From the NCBI GenBank assembly GCA_040143965.1, contig JASJQH010006902.1, forward strand, positions 1-45,285: a stretch of 45,285 nt of DNA, read 5' to 3'. Under the pieces are notes generated by a model. That model worked only from the letters and a program-made list of their open reading frames with translations, was not told where the DNA came from and did no database searches. This DNA is from Basidiobolus ranarum (taxonomy: Eukaryota). Shown in pieces: positions 30,540-40,672 of the stretch. The stretch's first letter is position 1. The number at the start of each line of letters is the position of its first letter. Position numbers and translations under genes: made by a program.

Positions 30540-32436
30540 TTACATCTGTTCAAGTACACTCTTGATGAATCCACGAAACAAGCGGAATTGTTTCTTATCT
30601 CCAGTTAATCTTTTGATCACAACGGCAGTTTTATTCGTCCTTGGTACTTCAGATAGCTTGATTTTAGCTGAAAAGGTTTTCTTCTCTACCAAACTCCAAT
30701 GAGCCTCGGTTAAAGAAGGTGAATGCTGACAAATAAGCTTTGACTTGGCATCTAGTATGTAAGCAAGCTGATGCTGGTCTAAAAACTGAATCATTTTCGT
30801 TAGCAGTAACGGGGCTTTCTCGTTGGAAAAAGTGACAACACAATGATTGAGGTAGATGAATAAACTAGCTTCGTTTATATATCTAGTTTGTAAGCCAACT
30901 GTACTGTCATCATCGTCGCTTTCCTCAGCGTCCAAAAGTTCAAGACTACGTGAAATAAGCTCATACAAAGAAGTTACTGGACTTCTTTTGACTAGTACCC
31001 GTTCTGGAAAATTCTTGTCTTCTTCACCCAACTCCAGCTCCATCTCTAACGATAACTGTATTTGTGTTTCTCCCTGATATAGACAAGCACTCATCTCTAT
31101 CAGTACTTGGGGATCAATTTCTCGTGGAAGAGAGATACTCTCAAATGGATCAAAAAACGGCATCGATATTGGCGGTACATTAGAAAGGAATAAATGCTTA
31201 TATACATCGGCGATACTGATGCGGCGTTTGCGGTTGGGATCTAGACAACGGGCAAGAATGCTTTTGCACTCTGAGAAACTCATTTTAGTTCAAACGGAAT
31301 GTTGATTTTATATCTTAGTCATACTATGCTTACCAAATGATATATTGCTTGGGTATTTCACTTTCCCAGTCATTACACGCTCCAAATTCTTTGGTTTTGA
31401 CGGATCTCCAAAGGGTAAATATCCAGCGATCATTACGAAGAGTACTACTCCTATTCAGTACAATTGTACCCTATCTTAGATTCTATAAAGAAAAATGAGT
31501 CGAGAATGTCGAATAAACTTACCAAGGGACCATATGTCTACTTCAGGTCCTGGATAATCGAAACGTTAGCTTTTGCTTCTAATAATTTAGACACTCCGTA
31601 CTCACCAACATAGGATTCTCCACGTAAAATTTCGGGGGCGGTGTAGGGAAGTGATCCACAGGCAGTTTTAAGAACTGCATTTCGATTGTAGAAATTGGCC
31701 AAACCAAAGTCGATTAGTTTAATGTTATCGTCTTTATCGACCAGGATGTTCTACGTAGAAACGGGAGTTAGTCCTTGGCAGTAATGTGGTAACAACACAG
31801 ATGCGTATTCAATGAATAGATACCTCAATTTTGATATCACGATGAGTAATATTGTAACTATGACAATAGCCTATTTGTAGTCCAAAGTTAACGTCATGTA
31901 GATGAATCTCATTTGGATTAACAAATTACTCACTCAAAGCTGCCACAATCTGATGAAAATACCGCTTTGCTCTTTCTTCTGACAGACCTCGCTTGCCGAT
32001 CTTTTCAGCCAGCTGACAGCCATCAACATACTCGTAGAATAGGTAGTAATGAGTATCAGTTACACGAAAATTCTTGAGCGTGACGATGTTTGGATGGGCA
32101 AGTAAGCGAGCCATGTTAGCCTCACGCACAACTCGTTTTTCCATCGATTTTGTTCTCTTTGTATCATGTTCGGCGCCGCGTCTGATCTGCCTTTGAATGA
32201 TCTTTACTGCATACTAAGCATTAAATGGCATTGTTAGTTCAGTTGCGTGGAGAAATCTCCATAACTATCCGTTGAACAAAACTCACTTTCTCTTTGGTAG
32301 CCAGACTCATAACTAACTTCACCTTCCCATAGCTTCCTTCGCCTAAAGATTTTATTACCGAAAATTCCCCTAACGGTGTCCTCAGAATGCCGCGACTAGC
32401 ACTCTTCAACGATAAAGCGATTCGTTTGGAAACCAT
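30540..32436 (-). CDS. Ser/Thr kinase of the Kin1/MARK (CAMK) group with C-terminal KA1-like domain, multi-exon
   Basis: LGEGSYGKVK, AVKII, RVVREANMARLLAHPNIV, HRDIKIENIL, DFGLAN, TACGSLPYTAPE, GPEVDIWSLGV; C-terminal CQHSPS...VVIKRLTGD....FR. Confidence 0.88.
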
Positions 32437-33340
32437 GTAAGGGGGAGGGAATTTTCCTTGAAAGAAAGATTTTAGGGTTTTCAATGGTAAATCAGGCTTT
32501 CGTAGGTTGGGTAAATGGTGGCGGAAGTTCGTGAGATCTGTTCTAACAAAAAAAGAATCAATCTTCGTCGATGTATATATCCTCTTCAGAGAGGATGTAG
32601 AACCATGAACACTTCACAAAAACTCCCTAAATGCCGATGGTAAAATGGAATCACCGATAAAATGAGAGCAGAGATTTGTGGGTCCATCAATGGTGTGTTC
32701 TGCCAGTTGGTGCATAACTTTGTGAGAAAGAATCTAGGCAATTCAATGCTTTCAGAAACAATGGCAGCAATTGTATTTCACATAGCTGCTAGCAATGAAC
32801 AAGCGGCAAATCATCTTAAATCTCCATCCTTGCTTTTGCTATTATATATTTCTACAGTTATTGTCCTTAATCTTCTATGACATATCTCTATGGTTATTCG
32901 ACCTCAAATAAACTTACCTAAGTAATAGTCATGGATGTTTATACTGCACACACTATATAATACACTACATAAAATACAAAATCCATTGGATATTTAGCTT
33001 TCGGTTCATCATACTAGATATGGTCTAAATTAGGATCAGTTAATCTATGTCATGACACGTGGGATATTAAAGGTGAGCCTAAGGAAGGAAGAACACTATA
33101 TGCCATGCCCACCCTAACCCTAGAGTGAGACTAAATGTAGAGTTGAAAGCATAAATTAATGAGTTCTTTATGTAATATGTACAGATTACACATGATGAAG
33201 TCATTCGAAAGGTGTCACAGATTACGAATGACTTTATTCATATGAGTAGTAAAGTTGTCGTTGGATATTAACTGCGAGCGCAACGGTAGCCATATCAGTT
33301 AACGGGATATCAGGTGCGAAAGAGAACACCTTGTGAGTGG

Positions 33341-33658
33341 TCACAGTCTCTTTGGAGTCCACTGAAGTCGATTCATACTCTCTCGATGTTGAAGTTTCTT
33401 AATTAAGTTGTCGCGATCGGTGATGATAGGCATATAGGATCGTGTAATATCTCGACCGAAGCGATGTTGACTTGGTGGCGAAAAGAGAAGTTTATCAGAT
33501 CGGTGCTTGCCATCACCTAGCTTGGGTTTTGGTGAGGTCCAATGGATAGTGCTGCTGGGCAATATCACCCAATCTTCAGATAGTCCATTGTCCAGTGTGC
33601 TCTTGCGTTCTCTACGTCCGCCAAATACCTGACTATTGATCCAGGAAAGCATAGCCAT
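33341..33658 (-). CDS. Hypothetical 105-aa basic protein
   Basis: ATG-initiated ORF; TATATA at ~33783-33788 and two CCAAT boxes (ATTGG on + at 33841 and 33855) upstream on the minus strand; no recognisable domain. Confidence 0.4.
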   Translation of the reverse strand: MAMLSWINSQVFGGRRERKSTLDNGLSEDWVILPSSTIHWTSPKPKLGDGKHRSDKLLFSPPSQHRFGRDITRSYMPIITDRDNLIKKLQHRESMNRLQWTPKRL

Positions 33659-34618
33659 GACCCTTGTTCAGTAGAGGCGACCTTTGTGAAGAGTAATAAT
33701 ACCAGGATGTATAATAAGCAAAGGAAAAGAGTTGTGAGGGAAGTTGGGACCAAGATGAAGCAGAATGAAGTGCCACAGGAGGTATATAAATAGTAGCTCT
33801 AACAAATGGCTTTATTTGTTCAGACCTGTCACGCCCCCAGATTGGGCAGAGATGATTGGCTCGCTGTTGGCTCAGTGTTTTGTTATTAATGGACTCTAAT
33901 AATTCAGTTATTTATATCTGACCCTATCGCCTAGCCAACAAAGGAGCACTAACAAAGGCGTCAACCCTAACCCAGATTTCCACCTCAGCCCCTATAATTA
34001 CACATTACACAGTACACTTCTCCTTAACTCTCAGCTTATTACAATCTCGTATCGCAAGTCCCGTATGGTGCACGCTATATTCTACCCTAACCCTAGGCTC
34101 CAGATAAGGTAGTTGGGGTGTTATTGCTGTCTCAAAGTGCACATCAATGTATGACTATGATCTTCTAGCATGCCAAAGTTTCCGACACTTGATAAGTACC
34201 TTGGCAATGATTGGGTTGATGGATCTGGTGACCTACTATGGCTTACAAGCCCATTGCTTAACCATCTCTTACAAAGATGTAAGGAAGGGCATGAGCGCAT
34301 GAGAACTCAATTGATTTGTGGCAACGAACCTTAAGCCAATTTTAGGGTGCATACACGTGATCTATTATATACATAGGCCTGTCATCTGATTCATGTGTAT
34401 GTGTGTGTGTATTAGGCTAATAACAGTTCTAACTGAGCTTGTAGCAACCTCCGACTAACCCGAACCCCAATCCTACGATAAGGCTACTATACGATGATAT
34501 GATATGATAAGAACATAATATATATATATGATGGGTTTATCTTTAGCAAACATAAACTGCTACGTAATGGACTTTATGGTTAATTATCATGTAGTAAGCA
34601 AGAGACCAAATAAAGCCT

Positions 34619-34682
34619 GCATACAGCTCTAGATATACATACAACTCTAGATATACAGCTCTAGATATACATACAGCTCTAG
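34619..34682. repeat. Minisatellite of 16/20-bp units (ATACAGCTCTAGATATAC)
   Basis: Four CTCTAG-containing units are visible in tandem. Confidence 0.85.
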
Positions 34683-34857
34683 CTTGGGTAGTTACTTTGT
34701 GGCAGTCAATTTCGATTCCTTTTCTGGAAACATGATTTGCATCAACATCAATCCCCATTTTTTATTATGACTAATGCGCCACTTGCAATATACTTTGGAT
34801 GTATCCAAATGGTGATCATTTTGATTGAAAATAGATACTGAAAATGTCAATTCTCGG

Positions 34858-34915
34858 TGCAGAATAAAGAAGAAATCGGATGTTTATGCAGAATAAAGAA
34901 GAAATTGGATGCTTA
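34858..34915. repeat. 29-bp tandem duplication
   Basis: TGCAGAATAAAGAAGAAAT(C/T)GGATG(T/C)TTA x2. Confidence 0.9.
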
Positions 34916-35581
34916 TGGTTGCATATCATCGTTAAGAAGACAAGGTATTAAAAGCATCAAGCTGTCTTAACAGGTTTGAGAATTCCAACTGGTAGTCTAA
35001 CTGATTGCTTAAAACGTAGTAGAGTAGAGTAGCTTAAATACTATGTTGATCTAGCTTCGCCATGGTTTGTGGCAATATGTATATATATAGAGAGATTTCA
35101 CAGTTTCAGTAGAAAGTATTATTAGGCTCAAATCTGTTGCACACATTTGGAGTATAGAGCAAAGACACTTCGACTACTCTGGAGAGGTTTTTAGAAGGTT
35201 TCTGTAAATGACAATTTCACTAACTAAACTACATAGTATAAATAAATATAGATCTCATCCGTGATCATATTGCTTGAGCATGCTACGATAATGAGTGCTG
35301 GGAAGAGGAATTCATAATGTGTTCAAATATCTAAATTGGAGAATATTGCAGTAGATATTTTCGTAACATGAAAGCATTATATATATGGCTCTTTCTACTG
35401 TTTTACTCCTCCAATGAAAGGGGCATGTTTCAACAATATTCAACAACAAAACCTGGAGTGAGGGGCATTAATTGCAAACAAAGTCACTATAGGATCAATG
35501 CAACCCATATGCTACTGAAGACAGATACTAGAATACTCTCACCCTAAGAATCTTTTGTCACTTTGCCATAGTCTTTTAAGT

Positions 35582-35648
35582 ATTCTATGAGCGATTCTAT
35601 TGAGATCAAACTTGAGCATTCTATGAGCGATTCTATTGAGATCAAACT
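35582..35648. repeat. 36-bp-period tandem duplication
   Basis: ATTCTATGAGCGATTCTATTGAGATCAAACT exact at 35582 and 35618. Confidence 0.9.
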
Positions 35649-36021
35649 ATGTTGAGTTTGTATAGATATGGCATAAGTTTAAACAACTTTGTCTGTTGGT
35701 GCACAACACTGAGTTATTTCTATTTGCACAAAACGAATATTCTAATTTGTTCAATAAAATTCAATCTTCAATTTTGCTTCAGTTTTGCTTCAATTTTGTT
35801 CATCGTAAATGGCATGATGCTTGCTAATAGCATACCGAGGTTTCAAAGGATATTTTTTCTTGTATGAGATTACCAAACTAGGTAGATTACCTGCGGAGAG
35901 TGATGTAGATTTCATAAGTGAAGTACGCCTTCAAGCCACCGTCTACCCTATTTGACGATATAGTGCGTAAGAGCGAGGTAAATGTCTAGCAAATTCATCA
36001 AACCTTTCCATTTTCTATACT

Positions 36022-37051
36022 ATGGGCGTACTAGTATATCTCACTGTTTCAGCTTCCGCGATCGGAGGCTTTCTCTTTGGTTGCGATGTGGGTGTTATCA
36101 GTGGTGTACTGATTATGGATCCCTTTGAAGACCGCTTTGGTTATGCTCACAATTCATTGTTGAAGGGCTTCATTGTCAGTAGTCTTGTGCAGGGCTGTTT
36201 CTTCGGTTCATTAGCTGCATCGTACTTGGCTGATCGCTTTGGTCGTAAAGTCAGTATCATCATTGGAAGTATTATGTCCACTATTGGTAGCGCTCTCCAA
36301 GCTTCCTTATTCGAGATTGGACAGATACTCGTTGGACGTATTGTTGCAGGTTTGGCTATTGGTGTGTTGTCTATGGTAGTTCCATTGTATCAATCAGAAA
36401 TTGCACTCAAGGAAATCCGTGGTACTCTCGTGTCGATGCAACAGCTTGCTATCACTATTGGTCTAAGTGGCAGGTCCCACTATCTTCAAAACTGCAGGAT
36501 TCGTAGGTAGCACTGCTCAACTCACCGCTACAGCCATTAATGGAGCTGTGAATGTACCCACGACCATTCCAGCTGTCATTTATGTCGATCGTCTAGGCCG
36601 TCGCCCACTTTTGCTCGCTGGTACCGCCTTGATGGCTTTGGCCATGATCTTGGTTGGTGCTTTGATTGCCATCTTCGCTCCTCAAAACTACGACGACAAG
36701 TTAGCTGGCTTTGCTATCATTGCACTAATCTATATATTCGTCGCATTCTTCGCCTGTACCTGGGGACCTATCGGTTGGATTTACCCATCAGAAATCTACT
36801 CCACTCGTGTCCGTGCCAAGTGCATGAGTATTACTACCGCTTCTAACTGGGCCTTTAACTTCATTGCTCTTGTCGTTCCACCCTTGATCGACTCCATTAG
36901 CTGGCGATTGTATATCATCTTTGGAGTATGTGGTGTTCTCATGTTCCTATTTGTGTACTTCTTTGTACCTGAGACTAAAGGAAAGAGTTTGGAACACATC
37001 GGTCATATGCTTGGTGGTCGTGTAAATCTTGAAGAGGAAAATAAAGTTTAA
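36022..37051 (+). pseudogene. Duplicated sugar-transporter pseudogene (internal deletion and frameshift)
   Basis: Highly similar to 27781-29172, including ~235 bp of promoter; lacks ~28222-28593; split into two ORFs at ~36461-36473; substitutions at conserved residues (GYD>GCD, APKE>ALKE, VLG>VQG). Confidence 0.9.
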
Positions 37052-38682
37052 AATGATTCGACAATCTTTAGACAGTCTTTGAAATTACTTCGACAGTAAA
37101 CTTAGAATGTACATATGAGTAAAAGTCACTCGAGTAATTGTCTATTTGCCATTTCTATAACTAAAGCTACTATTGAACTATTTATCAGGACAATTAAAAT
37201 TCAATTAAAATTCAATATTCCAAAATCCTCGAGTATAAAAGTTTGATATGGAGTATTCTACAGCATCGAGGTTTTTTGTGATAACCACAATTCCTGGATT
37301 TTGAGAGCTACATACATGCTTGGTTAAAATACGGCTCTTTAAGTAATACATGATTCATTGTCAGTCTATTTATTTAGTAGCTGGGTAATGTTCATTTATT
37401 CATCTTCAGAAAATCATACTCAAAATCAACTCTGGGCAGCAAAAAATAAGCATAGTAATGGTGAGGCAGAATAGAATAAATAGTGACAAAACTTAACAAT
37501 CTAAATATCAGTTTGTGGATTCTCTTTGAAGGCGAAATACTATAATCAATAAGTTTCCAGTTTCAAACGTCATTTTTAAGTATAACCAAAGGAGCATGCA
37601 ATATTTGTTTTCTGATTCGACAGCCCGTGTTCATTACACACTTACGCATAATATCCATTGATTATTTCATTTGAGATTTTGAGTTTGAGGGGTCAGAAAG
37701 TTTCAGTGTTTGTTCGTAACAAGGTAGGAGCCAAACACCTAGTATCACCGTCTTTCCTCACAAAGAGGAATGAGTAATCAACTGGAAACATTCATCATGA
37801 TTGTTGAACTTCTAAATAGAAGGACATTAACATCGATTACCTATTAATCAATGTGCTTTTATATTCCAATCCTTAATGTGGGATTGTGAAAAAGGCTCTC
37901 ATCTTACTTTTTCTCATAAATCAGCATAGTGGCCATATGCCAAATAGTGTGATTTATACGAGCTATTTCATCATATACGAGTTATTTCATCACAATACTG
38001 TTGATGCATCTTGATTTATACCATTTGATTCTTACCATTGAATTTATGCTCAACCCTAAGTGTCATCGCTTTGATAAATTTAAGCGACTATGTCTAATAT
38101 AATTCTTGTTAAAGTTATAACGCTGATCAACATTCATGTTGTCAATCGAGGAGCTCTTATTCTACGCAGCTTATACCTAACCGTTTCTGCTTAGGATACA
38201 ATAGTTAAGAATACAGTGAATGTAGGTAAGGTTGTGCCAGGCGGATCACTCGACACCAAAAGTTCATGAGGTTTGTATTGCATACCAAATCGGTTTGTTT
38301 CAATTTATTTTCATCAATACTCACGTGTAAATGGATATTCGCTATGATGAGAACATCTAGAGCCAAGTTGGATTCATTATATCATATCATATATACTCTA
38401 AAAGAATTCATTATAGCATATCATATACACTCTAAATTTTATCTAGAGAATCACACACAGCAGTAACACTAGTACCATTCCCATGATTTCATTGCTTACC
38501 GACCCATCAATGCCAAGTGATAACCGAATCAATCGTATTAACTCCTATTTCCAGTACATACGAAGAGCCCCTTGTATTACGAACATTAGATCATTGTTTC
38601 TATTCACAAGACCTTATTAGATACGTTGACTATCATGCGGAAAAGTGAGTAAACGTAACTGCAGTTGAGTTTTATTTGTTAT

Positions 38683-38737
38683 TACAACTACTACCAACAT
38701 ACAACTACTATTAACATACAACTACTACTAACATACA
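38683..38737. repeat. 17-bp tandem repeat x3
   Basis: TACAACTACTA(CC/TT/CT)AACA. Confidence 0.9.
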
Positions 38738-39125
38738 GATTGCCAGTCTCCATGATATTGCAACGGTCATATATATCAAAGTCAATTTGCTATTCCACAA
38801 GTTGATGGGTTTAGTGTTAATCTAACTGTGGTGCTAGATCGGTGTTATGCGGGTTAGTGGTCGATAGTGGCCATTGTTGATAATGTTGGCGCAATGTGGT
38901 GGTCATAATCAGCATGAAGACCGAACCAGAACTTGGTTACAGCCTCTTCTTCAAGTAACGATTGTCCCCTACTTTGGCAATGACACTAGTTAGTTAATGA
39001 GGGGATCAAGTTCATATTATCCGCTTGGTCCAATAATCAGAATTACCAGCATACTATTAGCCATAGATAGTTTCCTTGGGGATTGAGCGGTGACACGAAG
39101 CTATCTATCCACATACGATTCTTGC

Positions 39126-39190
39126 GAACACAATACTTCTCGATAGAACACATGAACACAATACTTCTCGATAGAACACATGAACACAAT
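39126..39190. repeat. 28-bp tandem repeat x2.3
   Basis: GAACACAATACTTCTCGATAGAACACAT at 39126, 39154 and partial at 39182. Confidence 0.9.
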
Positions 39191-39449
39191 TCTTCTTGTA
39201 ACAGGGCTCAGAGTCGTTTGTATAACAACAATGTTGATCGTTTCCCTTTATGTTAATGCGACATGGCATCGATTGAACTGAAACATGATATTTCAATAGT
39301 TAAGTCAACAAACTGTCCCCTGTACTTCTATCATCACTTACGTGGCTTAGCTTCTGGTTAAGATATATGCCACAATATCTATACACAGTTAAGAGATATC
39401 ATTCGCATATCTATTTAAACGTGCAGACACATCTTCCTAGTTATCAACA

Positions 39450-39902
39450 ATGAAGTCTATAATCCTGCTCTTCGCTTCACTGGCCTCGGCCGCATCTGTA
39501 AGTCAACGCTTCGGTAATCAAGAGATTCTGAAGGTGCAGAATCCTATCGAATTCTTGGAACCAGCTGATGTTCAGGATCCTCTTCAGGCATACGCTCCTG
39601 ATTGCATAAAGACAGTTAATGCTGGTGCTGCAACTGTTCTAAATGCCATCTATGAGCAAGAATGTGCCTTGATTACCTTCTCCTCTGGAGTGATCACCCG
39701 TGACTACAAATACAACTGTTGTGGAGCTAGTACATGGATTCGAGTCAATATGGTGGACTGGGAGAGGCTTCGGGAAGCTGGGAACTTGGACGGCTTTAGA
39801 TATCAGCACGTTACTTCCAAGGACAACACTTATTCCATCAACTTCAGGAAAATGAGCGGGAAAACTCCCGGAAATATTTCGCCAGAAGAATTTCTTCCTT
39901 AA
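39450..39902 (+). CDS. Small secreted protein of unknown function (150 aa, 4 Cys), intronless
   Basis: Signal peptide MKSIILLFASLASA; TATTTAAA at ~39412; TCAACAATG start context; the degenerate paralog at 43774 supports a real gene family. Confidence 0.8.
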   Translation: MKSIILLFASLASAASVSQRFGNQEILKVQNPIEFLEPADVQDPLQAYAPDCIKTVNAGAATVLNAIYEQECALITFSSGVITRDYKYNCCGASTWIRVNMVDWERLREAGNLDGFRYQHVTSKDNTYSINFRKMSGKTPGNISPEEFLP

Positions 39903-40110
39903 GTACGTTATTCCATGCTGTACTGGAATTTCTAAAATAAATCATTACCTGTTTGACAATGCGTCTATTACTCTTATTAAACACTCAAAGCTATTACCAA
40001 AATGGTACTCGGGTATAGCATATGTGTATTTTTAGTGTACAGCATTGGATTGAAACTCCATATAACGAATTATTCCACCACCCGTTATGTAGTTCTAAGC
40101 ACCGATGAAT

Positions 40111-40164
40111 TCAGTAGGCACCTTTACTTGAAGTGAATCGAACTCAGTAGGCACCTTTACTTGA
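40111..40164. repeat. 21-bp direct repeat, 33-bp period
   Basis: TCAGTAGGCACCTTTACTTGA at 40111 and 40144. Confidence 0.9.
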
Positions 40165-40240
40165 TTTTATGTACTTCTAGAGTAGTACACAGTTAAGATA
40201 TCATAATCATCATCGAGATCCAAGCTTCATTATATACTTA

Positions 40241-40480
40241 GAAGCTTGTTTCATTGCATTCATCATAAGCATAACCTGACTCACCACTTCTATCATAAAT
40301 ACAGCCTGACTCATTGCTTTATATCATAAAAGTACAATCTGGTCCATTGTTTTCATTATAAACATAATTTTATTCCTTGCTTTCATCATAAATATAACCT
40401 GATTCATGACCTTCATGATAAGCATAACTTGCTTCATTGCCTTCATCATAAACTTATTTTGATTCATTACTTTCACCAGG
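40241..40480 (-). repeat. Degenerate ~30-bp tandem array (~8 units); minus strand reads as a decayed decapeptide repeat
   Basis: AT(C/T/G)ATAA anchors at 40262, 40292, 40323, 40355, 40385, 40415, 40445; minus translation ...VYDEGNEASYAYHEGHESGYIYDESKE*... Confidence 0.8.
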
Positions 40481-40672
40481 CCTAACTAGTGGTGACACGG
40501 TACAAGATAGATAATGACTCGCACAAAGAGCAACACAAGGTCATAGGAACTAAGCCACAGTAAATCCAATGCTATATAATCAGTGAAGCGTAGGAAACAA
40601 AGATCAAGATAGAAAATTACTTGCTACTTTTCTATTTAATAGCAAGCAGCGTTCTCCCGCCAGGTTCCAAAT

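Noticed and set aside
35649-35867. 72-aa ORF upstream of the transporter pseudogene
   Set aside because: Runs across the duplicated promoter junction, and the source copy has no equivalent ORF.
40241-40480. CRISPR-like array
   Set aside because: Units are contiguous and degenerate with no unique spacers; eukaryotic context with no cas genes.
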